The translations under genes were made by a program, and so were the position numbers. The notes beneath the pieces were generated by a model, which saw nothing but the letters and a program-made list of their open reading frames with translations, was not told the origin of the DNA and made no database searches. This document shows positions 46,140 to 54,305 of a stretch of 64,000 bases of DNA, piece after piece (position 1 is the stretch's first letter; the number at the start of each line of letters is the position of its first letter). This stretch comes from Candidatus Doudnabacteria bacterium (GTDB lineage: Bacteria > Patescibacteriota > Doudnabacteria > UBA920), in assembly GCA_963837465.1 (NCBI GenBank), contig CAWINB010000004.1, positions 74,853 to 138,852 on the forward strand, written 5' to 3'.

Positions 46140-46370
46140 TTATTTAACTTTTTCCGCCATCTCCTGGATTGCCTGGTTAAAATTTGTGAGATGATCCTGA
46201 AAAACAGTAAGCGAGCTTCTAAATTTCCTGCCGTCTTTGTTAATACTGCTTTCGGTAATAGTAAGGTACTTATTACCGTTCTTGGCCGCTTTGACGTCAA
46301 AAAAGTAAGTCTTGTTGCCTGCCTTTAAGTTGGCGGAGTGGAGCGCCGGCGCGTGTAATTGTTCGGGCAT
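46140..46370 (-). CDS. DUF3276/PUR-like small nucleic-acid-binding protein
   Basis: 'KAGNKTYFFDVKAAKNGNKYLTITES' resembles the DUF3276 family ('GKRTYFFDVKATRSGDYYLTITES'). Confidence 0.45.
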   Translation of the reverse strand: MPEQLHAPALHSANLKAGNKTYFFDVKAAKNGNKYLTITESSINKDGRKFRSSLTVFQDHLTNFNQAIQEMAEKVK

Positions 46371-46531
46371 ATATTTTGTGTTGGTTTATAATGCGACCTT
46401 TCATCCGGAAACTGGAATCTATTTTAAAAATCCTTTACGGCTGAAGTAGCGGGATCTCGCATAAAAATTATTTTTAAAATGGGTTCCGATTCTGCTGGCG
46501 AATTAGTCTTGGATTTTAATTTAAGATGGTG

Positions 46532-47527
46532 TTATTTCTTATTGATTAAATTTACCACCAGTTTAACCATAATGTCTTTATCCTGGGGTTTACTTTCGGC
46601 AATCAGCAGAGCCAGAGCGGCCAGGGCGCTGTCGTTGATTTTTCGTTCGCCGGTTTTGTTGCTGTAGAGCGCGTGGTTCTGGACCAGATAAAGCATAAAT
46701 ATCAACGAACCGATTCTTTTGTTGCCATCGGCAAAAGGATGGTCTTTAACCAAAAAGTACAGCAAATGCGCGGCTTTTTCCTCCAAACTGGGATAAAGCT
46801 GTTTGCCGTTATAAGTCTGTCCAATGTTGCCCAGAATGGCTTTAAATTTTTCTCCCACTTCCTGGCCGAACAAATCTCCGGCTTCTTTTTTTGCCCCAAG
46901 CCGGGTCTTAAACACAACAATACTTTTTTGCAAGTCTGCATAATCCAAAACCGCGGCCGCGCGGCTGCTTACGCCCTCCAGTCCCAGTTCGCCCTTATCG
47001 TATTTATTCAGTAAAGCCCAGGTAGCGGAATAGTCTGTAATAATTTTAAGCAGATCTTTTTCGTAACCTTCGGCGCGGCGGCTTTCCAGCACATTTTGGA
47101 ACAACCTGGCAGTATCCTGCAGCTCTTTCATTTTGAGGTCGTGCTCTTGCATCAAGCGCCGCTCGTTGATTAGGTAACCTTTTAGCAAGTAGTCTTTTAG
47201 TTTTTTTGTAGCCCAAATTCTAAACTGGGTTGCCCGCGAAGAATTAACCCTATAGCCTACGGAAATAATAAAATCCAGATCATAAAATTTAACCGGTTTG
47301 TCTGAATTAGCAATGTGCAAAAATTGCACATTGCTTTTTTCGCTTAATTCAGATGAATTTATTATATTTTTAATATGTTTTCCGACCGACGTACGATCTG
47401 TCTGAAACAATGCCGCTAATTGGGCTTGCGTCACCCATACTGTATCTCCTTCTATGCGTACTTGGAGTTCCGCGCCTGCTTGAGGCTTATAAATAATGAT
47501 TTCGCCTTTGTTTATTTGTTCAGTCAT
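46532..47527 (-). CDS. Fic/DOC-family protein with N-terminal RhuM-like DNA-binding domain
   Basis: Fic motif 'HPFADGNKRIGSLIF'; N-terminus 'KGEIIIYKPQAGAELQVRIEGDTVWVTQAQLAALF' is RhuM-like. Confidence 0.75.
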   Translation of the reverse strand: MTEQINKGEIIIYKPQAGAELQVRIEGDTVWVTQAQLAALFQTDRTSVGKHIKNIINSSELSEKSNVQFLHIANSDKPVKFYDLDFIISVGYRVNSSRATQFRIWATKKLKDYLLKGYLINERRLMQEHDLKMKELQDTARLFQNVLESRRAEGYEKDLLKIITDYSATWALLNKYDKGELGLEGVSSRAAAVLDYADLQKSIVVFKTRLGAKKEAGDLFGQEVGEKFKAILGNIGQTYNGKQLYPSLEEKAAHLLYFLVKDHPFADGNKRIGSLIFMLYLVQNHALYSNKTGERKINDSALAALALLIAESKPQDKDIMVKLVVNLINKK

Positions 47528-47663
47528 AAAAAGTACCTTTATATAAGACAGTTCTTGCTTTTCCAGAATTGCTTTTTGTAAAACCTTTTCATTATCCTAA
47601 ATCTTAAAAAACTTATAGTTCGTTTTTTAACTGTTTCCAATACAGAAACAGTTGATACTTATT

Positions 47664-47692
47664 ATAGTAAACTATCGTTCACCAATTGTAAA
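47664..47692 (-). promoter_or_regulatory. promoter-operator module copy 2: TTTACA-attg-GTGAAC-gata-GTTTAC-TAT, about 135 nt upstream of fic
   Basis: Same 29-bp architecture as the other three copies. Confidence 0.6.
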
Positions 47693-47740
47693 GCCCTTAA
47701 TAATAAGGGTTAAATAAACTATCGCTTTAGTTATGCACAG

Positions 47741-48379
47741 TTATATTTCAAAGCTTTCCAATTGTTTTTTAATGCCTGCCACAGACTGCTCTGTAATATC
47801 TTCGGGGTTGATGGAACAACGTTCAAAAATCTGTCGTTCCATTTGCCGCATAGCGTTTTCAAAATTATCCCGCGCTTCTGAACTATCTTTATGATGCTTG
47901 TAACGCGCGCGCAAATCGGCCAACCTTTGCTCCAAACTGACCACGCCATGCGGCCCTACGCGGTCATCGCAATACTCCACAATTTTTTTGCCAAAATCCG
48001 CGCCGGCGGCGTTTGCCGGAGCGCCCAAAAAACTTACAGAGTCTATTAATTCCAAAACCCTGGCGCTTACCCCCAGCTCCCCGGCAATTTGTAAATGCGC
48101 CTGATGTTCGTTATTGCCGTATTTAGCCCGATACTCATCCTGAACTTTTTGCCAATAGCCAATATCAATATTAAAATTCAGCAAATTTTTTGTAACCCCA
48201 AGGTCAAACTTAATAATGTTACCCATATCGTGCAGCAGGCAGGCTTTAATAATATTGCCGTCGTCGACTTGGCCGCTAAAATTTTGGCAGATTATTTTCG
48301 CCACGGCCGCCACCCTAAGCTGATGCTGGGCCAACTGCGGCATAATTTTATATTTTTTATAGATTTCTAAAATATTCAT
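47741..48379 (-). CDS. HD-domain phosphohydrolase
   Basis: 'ACLLHDMGNIIKF' HD motif. Confidence 0.6.
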   Translation of the reverse strand: MNILEIYKKYKIMPQLAQHQLRVAAVAKIICQNFSGQVDDGNIIKACLLHDMGNIIKFDLGVTKNLLNFNIDIGYWQKVQDEYRAKYGNNEHQAHLQIAGELGVSARVLELIDSVSFLGAPANAAGADFGKKIVEYCDDRVGPHGVVSLEQRLADLRARYKHHKDSSEARDNFENAMRQMERQIFERCSINPEDITEQSVAGIKKQLESFEI

Positions 48380-48531
48380 ATTATCACCTATCTTAAAAAT
48401 ACCAGTTTGTTTACACCTGGTCTTGTTACTTAACCCTAACGCAAAATACCATCCGTCAACTCCTCCACCGTTAGAACGATGGCTTTTTTTATATAATTTC
48501 CGCCGATGTAAATTTTGATTTTGTTAATATT

Positions 48532-49071
48532 CTAAAAAAACCCTTCCATAATCTCAATAATTCTTTTTAGCGTGGCGTTTTTGATTCTTGTCGTTTCAAT
48601 AACTGTCTTCGTAAAAAGTTTCTCGCACTTAATTTGGGTTAGCGTCTTGTCTCCATTTAGATAATTTTTTTGAAAACGCTTCTTTAGGGCGGCAGACATA
48701 TCATTGGCGTGATTTGCCGATGGTTCTAAAATTGACAATAGCAAACATTCCAAACAGGGTGTATTTTCCACTACTTCAATATTTCTATTGGAAGCTTCTT
48801 CTCTGGCCACAGCCATTTCTCCTTCGCTTTTATCATTATCCAGGATAACAACTCTCTTATCAAAGGCAGAAAAATCGTTACCCGCATCTACAACAATGTC
48901 TCTGGCGCTGCCGCCTTTACCCCTTCTTACGGTCACGGCAACATTTTTGCCATAGGCAAATAAGCTTTTAAGATGCCTTAAAAAGATTTCTTCATTAAGA
49001 CCTTCCCCATAAACCAAAATTGTCCTGTTTGCCGAGCGCGGTTTTTTCTTATATGGATCCGTTCGTGACAT
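48532..49071 (-). CDS. small TOPRIM-like protein (RloB/DUF4276-like) paired with the upstream ATPase
   Basis: 'TILVYGEGLNEEIF' (conserved Glu) and 'VVILDNDKSEGE' (DxD) are TOPRIM-type motifs; 19 nt downstream of the ATPase gene. Confidence 0.5.
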   Translation of the reverse strand: MSRTDPYKKKPRSANRTILVYGEGLNEEIFLRHLKSLFAYGKNVAVTVRRGKGGSARDIVVDAGNDFSAFDKRVVILDNDKSEGEMAVAREEASNRNIEVVENTPCLECLLLSILEPSANHANDMSAALKKRFQKNYLNGDKTLTQIKCEKLFTKTVIETTRIKNATLKRIIEIMEGFF

Positions 49072-49089
49072 TTTGTTTTACTGTTACTT

Positions 49090-50304
49090 TTAAAGCTTTG
49101 GAACGGCACCATAGGCTCCGGCCATATATTTAGCGTAGTAGTTATCATCCGCCCGTACGCCACTAACCTCATCCAAACGCCAAGATTCACTTTCATTACT
49201 TTGGTTTTTTTCTACGAATACTAACTGATATTTATCCAATTTACTTAAAATTATATGGCTATGAGTGCTAAATAAAAGCTGGGCATTCTTAGGGTTGGTT
49301 TCCGGCTGGATAAATAGATCAAAAAGCGAAAGTAATATCTCAGGATGCAGACTGGAGTCCATTTCATCAAACACGGCAATTCCTCCTTTATCCAATACTT
49401 GTAAAATACTTTTTAAAAGAACAAATAACTGTTTAGTTCCTGAAGACTCATAAATAATCGGAAGGGCTTGTTCTTGGCCATTGTATGAGTGAATGCCCGT
49501 GATGTTTATTTGAAAACCATTCCCGGATGGCTTTTTGTCTATATTAATACCCGCCAATCCAAGATCAAAACGAGATAAAAGCTTTTCTGCTTTTTCTTTC
49601 AAAGCCTTATTATCGTTATAAAAAACCAAAGCATCAAACCATTGAGGCATTGCGTTATTCAACATTGGATCTCCCATCCAACCAGTCTCACTGGCATTCG
49701 TCTCTAGTCCCTGCCAAAATTCTGCGATCTCCTGGCTTTCCTTATGGTTTAAACGGGCCGCTGCCGAAATAACGCTAGCATTTTTACGCAATAAATTTAA
49801 ATTTTCAAAACCTTTAGGCAAGCCGAAGCCCTCGCCGTCAAAAGTATAAGCTGCTGATTGAGGGTTCCATGTTCGGACAAATAACGTTTTGGTCCCCATT
49901 TTTTCTTTTGCCATACTTGTGAGTTTTAACTCTTCCAAAAAAATCTTGGTTTTGTCTAAAATAAAGCTATACGTATAAATTTTTTTATCAACTTCAAACA
50001 CAACAGAAAGCTCTGTTTGCTGATCTTTCTTCTCTCCAAAAGCAAACGATTGTACTGCAATAGGAAATTCTGGCGGCATTGTAAACGAAGTAACAATAAG
50101 CCATTTAAAAAATGGTAAAACTTTAAGCAAGTTAGTTTTGCCTGAGGCATTAGAACCTATTATCGTTTCTACTTTTGAAAGCCGGGTGCCGGAAGGGGCT
50201 ACAAAATATCCATAATTTTCCGGAGCATTGTCGTTCACGACAAAATCAAGGGTTGTCAAGTCCCCAAAAGAATAAAAATTCTTGCAAGAAAAAGAATGGA
50301 TCAT
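49090..50304 (-). CDS. AAA/ABC-type ATPase of the OLD/RloA/AriA class (AAA_21-like)
   Basis: Walker A 'GSNASGKTNLLKV' near the N-terminus and a Walker B/D-loop region 'GIAVFDEMDSSLHP'. Confidence 0.6.
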   Translation of the reverse strand: MIHSFSCKNFYSFGDLTTLDFVVNDNAPENYGYFVAPSGTRLSKVETIIGSNASGKTNLLKVLPFFKWLIVTSFTMPPEFPIAVQSFAFGEKKDQQTELSVVFEVDKKIYTYSFILDKTKIFLEELKLTSMAKEKMGTKTLFVRTWNPQSAAYTFDGEGFGLPKGFENLNLLRKNASVISAAARLNHKESQEIAEFWQGLETNASETGWMGDPMLNNAMPQWFDALVFYNDNKALKEKAEKLLSRFDLGLAGINIDKKPSGNGFQINITGIHSYNGQEQALPIIYESSGTKQLFVLLKSILQVLDKGGIAVFDEMDSSLHPEILLSLFDLFIQPETNPKNAQLLFSTHSHIILSKLDKYQLVFVEKNQSNESESWRLDEVSGVRADDNYYAKYMAGAYGAVPKL

Positions 50305-50398
50305 AATTGTTCTTTCTTAGTTTATTGTTTAATGTAAGACCAGTTTAGCATGTATTAAGTAAATTTGCAAGTATTTATACAAAAATTTGTATAAAATA

Positions 50399-50427
50399 CC
50401 AAAAAATGCCTCTTTTTAGGCATTTTT
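50399..50427 (-). terminator. terminator hairpin AATGCCT-cttttt-AGGCATT flanked by A/T runs (downstream of the type IIG fragments)
   Basis: Perfect 7-bp stem with a T-run on the minus strand. Confidence 0.5.
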
Positions 50428-50527
50428 GACCTTTGTATATCCTATTAACATGACTTTTCCACAACCACCTACTGGGCAAACTTCTTGTACTGTTCAAACA
50501 AGAACTCCAGCCATTCTGCGTTTAGCA

Positions 50528-53389
50528 CTATTTTACTTCAATAATCTTGATTTCCTCATCCGTCAAACCATATAGCTTATAAATTTCCTGGTCGATTTTT
50601 TTGTCAGTTTTGACGATTTCATCTTTGAGCTTTTGCCAATCATTGGAGTTTGCTTGAGTTTTTACTAATGAATGATTGAGTTCAACTATTTTGTCTACCA
50701 AAACGGCAACTTGCTTTTGTTCTGTAGCGCTGGGAACGTAAATAGGAATATTAAGAATCGGTTCTTTGTCGATTTGAAGCATATCACCTTGCATTTTGCC
50801 TTTTCCTCGAAGCCAAAAATAGTTTAGCTTTGAATTTAAAAGCCCAGTTAGGTATTTTAGATTGGAGCGATTTGTACTTATGACAAAATAGGTCTGTGAT
50901 ACAAAACAGGGAAAGTCAACATAAGAAAACCTTGGGATATCGGTTTTGCGTATTGAAAAAACGCTAGGTCCGAGAAATAATTTCTCCTCACGGGCTCAAT
51001 GCAAACCATAAGGTCCAAATGATGAGGTGATAACACTTTTGTATCTGCTAAGATGTTTTTTTATTTCAGGATAACTATCAATTTTTTTTGCAACTTTACT
51101 ATCTGTATAAATTATCCAAAAACTATTTTTGGGGTTAATGTTGTAACGATTTATTTGCTCTGAAGTATAAAAGGGTCTTATAAGCTTTCTCTCTTCTGGG
51201 GATAATTTTAGACTACTAAGCTCATCATTAGATAAAACAAATATCCCTTCCCCTAATACGGCCCCGTGAATTAATGAAAGATGGGGACGAATTACAGACT
51301 CCTGGGGAGCCACAATACCTTGGCCAACTTCTTTATCGGTGAGTTCAAAATTTTTTTTACTTTCTAATTTATCAAAAATTGAGCCGAATTCTTCGTTCGC
51401 AAAAGTAATATTTTTACCAATTAATTTTTGGGGTTCAATTTCGATTTTCTTTTTAGCTGACAAAATATCAGAAACCAATTTACCTTCATCAATATTTTTA
51501 TCTGTAATCCTTAAATATTCTATTGGGTATTTTTAGCGTGGCTCGCCTTTTTTAAAAACGTAAATCATTGTTTGAATGCCAGCATCTTCAAAAACTTTGT
51601 AATCTCCGAAGTCGATAAAAGTAATTAACTCACCTTCATTCAGAATTTTATCTCTAAAAATACTTGCTCCGGCATTAGTCACCCAGTTATTAGGGGCTAT
51701 AAAACTCATCGTGCTGTTATCTTTTAAAAGGTCAATTGACATACAGGCAAACATTGTCCAAATATCCATTTTGCCTTGATAGTAAGGGCTGCTATGTAAA
51801 CCATCAAATGCGCTTTTATTTACAAACTCTTTAATATATGGCGGGTTGCCGATTATACAATCAAAACCGCCCTGTTTAAAGACTTCCGGGAATTGGTCTT
51901 GCCAGTCAAAGGGTTTTTTGGAACGGAACTCGGAGCCGAAGTGTTTTTTTAGTTCTTCATCTGTACCAGAAATTAAGGAATTGCCATTTTTTATGTTATT
52001 ACCAAGATTGGGTAGTTTTATCTGTGAATCGCATACCGCCAAGAGTAGGTTTAAACGCGCAAGTTCAACGGCTTGTTCGTCTAAATCTACGCCATAAATA
52101 TTATTTATTAAAATTTGTACTTTTAAAAATGGCTCGTTCTTAGCCCCAAATTCTTCATATTTTTTTAGGATTTTTTCAAATGCGGCAATTAAAAAAGAAC
52201 CGCTTCCGCAGGCTGGATCTAGGACTTTTATTTTTTGCAAATCATTTATGCTTTTGCACTTATCCAAGACCGGACAGAGAGCATTTTGGACTATATATTC
52301 CACAACAAACCTGGGGGTATAATAAATGCCGTGTTCTTTGCGTTTTCTTTTATCTTTGGCCAGGTCTAAATCCTTGCCGAACAAAGTTTTTTTGGACTGT
52401 TCCAATTTATAGCCCAAATAGTTTTCGTAAACAGCGCCTAAAACATCGGCCGGAATGGCAGAAAAATCATATTCAAAATAGTCTTTATCTCCATACAAAA
52501 TTTCAATTGATTTTTCTGTAGCGCCGCTAAATTCTTCCCATTGCTCAAAAGGGTGAGGGGAGAATAGGTTAGAGTTATAAATATTGTCTAAATAGCGAAA
52601 TTTTTCTACCATGGCCTGATAAGGACTGCTTTGGCCTGATGTACCGCCGGCTTTCCATTGATTAATTAAAGGCCTAAGGGTTTGTGGCTCTATTTTTCTA
52701 TCCTCTGCGACGCGTATAAAAATTAAACGGTCAAGTAATTTTTGCACGCCCTCGTCAATTAAATATGGGGAAACTTTTTGGTTCCAACTTGTAAAGGCCT
52801 CTGTTAAAATCTTGCGGCTGTCGTTTAAATCTTTTGCTAATTTTTCAGTAACAGAAACCTTCTGGAGCTTCTTTCCGACTTTCTCGGCCTCTCTGTCCAA
52901 AACATCTTCAGTAAACGCTTGTTTGGACAACCACCATAATTCTTCAAAGCGAGTTAAATATTCCTGATATGTAAAAGATAGATACTTTTTACCTGCCAAA
53001 GATTTTTCCGGAGAAAGAGCGTTAAACACCATTAATCCTTCAAAATCGCTTAAGGCAGCCCAAGTAACACCCTTATTCCAAGAATAGCGTATGGCCTGCT
53101 TGGCATGATCTTCACGATATAAGTCCACCGAAAACTTTTTAGCTTCCAGATAAAATTTAATTCTGCCATTTAAATAAAAACCGTAATCAACTCTATCCTT
53201 ACTGATTTGCTCCTCGGCTGTTACTTCATTTCTTTGCAAAAAATCCCAGCCTAAAGCTGAAAATAAGGGCTCTATAAAACCCTTTTTTGTTTCTTCTTCA
53301 CTATATTTTGCCAATTTTCCGGCGACTTTTTCTGTCTGGTACTTTTCTACTAACTTAACTATCTGCTTTTTTGCGAGTTCTTTTTCCAT
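50528..53389 (-). pseudogene. type IIG/IIL (MmeI/Eco57I-like) restriction-modification enzyme split into three ORFs (53389-51533, 51478-50996, 50794-50528)
   Basis: N-terminal PD-ExK 'VDYGFYLNGRIKFYLEAKKF', gamma-class N6-adenine MTase motifs 'VLDPACGSGSFL' and 'IIGNPPY', TRD-like middle fragment, C-terminal '...LYGLTDEEIKIIE'. Total length is about that of MmeI. Confidence 0.6.
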
Positions 53390-53436
53390 TGTTTGTCTTA
53401 TTAAAATAACACCCTTATAAATTTTTATACATCAAA

Positions 53437-53466
53437 ATAAAAAAATCCAACGCTGGTCGGTTGGAT
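53437..53466 (-). terminator. intrinsic terminator for the rnh-like gene (AATCCAAC-cgaccagc-GTTGGATT + T7 on the minus strand)
   Basis: Hairpin plus T7 in minus orientation. A separate plus-strand hairpin with T6 lies at 53531-53584. Confidence 0.5.
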
Positions 53467-53673
53467 TGTTTCTAAAACACAAAGCCCCGCGCCAGCATGA
53501 GCCTTACGGCTCCATGGCCTTTCGACCATGACCCAACGAAGAGTAGCTGAACACGGGGTTCAGTATTTTCGTTGGGTTTTTTCATGCCATGCCCGGGCCC
53601 TTGGGGGGCTGCGGGTTTAGGCATATTAAGTTGTTAGCCTTATTTTAGGGTAATTTTAGGTTTTTTACAAATT

Positions 53674-54201
53674 TTACCCCCTCTGCAGCCGGCTGTATTC
53701 TTCGTTGGCAACTTTGTCCGCGGCTCTGGCCCAAAAACTGCCGCGGCTGTGGTGGAAGTAGGAAACTTTGGCAAAACGCCTTTCCAGTTTTTTAATTTCG
53801 TCAAACAGCGGCTTAATACGCTCCGAGCGCAGGCAATAAATTCCATTGAGTTGCCCCACTACCACCTCGCTATCCATCCAAACCTCCACTTCCCTCCTGC
53901 AAAACCCCGGCGCGCGATCGAGCGCGAAAATAACGGCCGCGTATTCCGCCTGGTCAATTGTAACATCGCCTAAATATTTAGCTCTTTGCTCAACTACTTC
54001 ATCACGACCACCAACCATAACGTAGCCGCAAGCGGATTTGCCCCGCGCCTTATGCTGTGGAATATGCTGTCTGTTTTCCGGCACGCGGCAACAGGCATCG
54101 CAAATAATTTTTAAAAATGGATAGCAAAAATACGCTGCCAATTTCTCGCCAACGGCAATATCCTGCAAATAATAAAAACTGTTTAAGGTAAATTTGGGCA
54201 T
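53674..54201 (-). CDS. ribonuclease H-like (RNase HI/RVT-associated RNase H family) protein
   Basis: 'ACGYVMVGG...QAEYAAVIFALDRA...EVEVWMDSEVVVGQLNG...' carries the DEDD-type RNase H core. Confidence 0.6.
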   Translation of the reverse strand: MPKFTLNSFYYLQDIAVGEKLAAYFCYPFLKIICDACCRVPENRQHIPQHKARGKSACGYVMVGGRDEVVEQRAKYLGDVTIDQAEYAAVIFALDRAPGFCRREVEVWMDSEVVVGQLNGIYCLRSERIKPLFDEIKKLERRFAKVSYFHHSRGSFWARAADKVANEEYSRLQRG

Positions 54202-54221
54202 ATTAAAATTAGTATACTTTT

Positions 54222-54250
54222 ATAGTATACTATCGTTCACCTATTGTCCA
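54222..54250 (-). promoter_or_regulatory. promoter-operator module copy 3: TGGACA-atag-GTGAAC-gata-GTATAC-TAT, about 20 nt upstream of the rnh-like ATG
   Basis: Same 29-bp architecture as the other copies. Confidence 0.6.
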
Positions 54251-54305
54251 GTGGATAACTTTTTACAGCAGAGATTATAAAAAGTTAATCGTTAAATGTT
54301 AAATG

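Noticed and set aside
53531-53584. Plus-strand hairpin plus T6 between the MTase pseudogene and rnh, considered as the end of a small plus-strand ncRNA
   Set aside because: No upstream promoter-like sequence or conservation could be identified. Kept only as a note under the rnh terminator feature.
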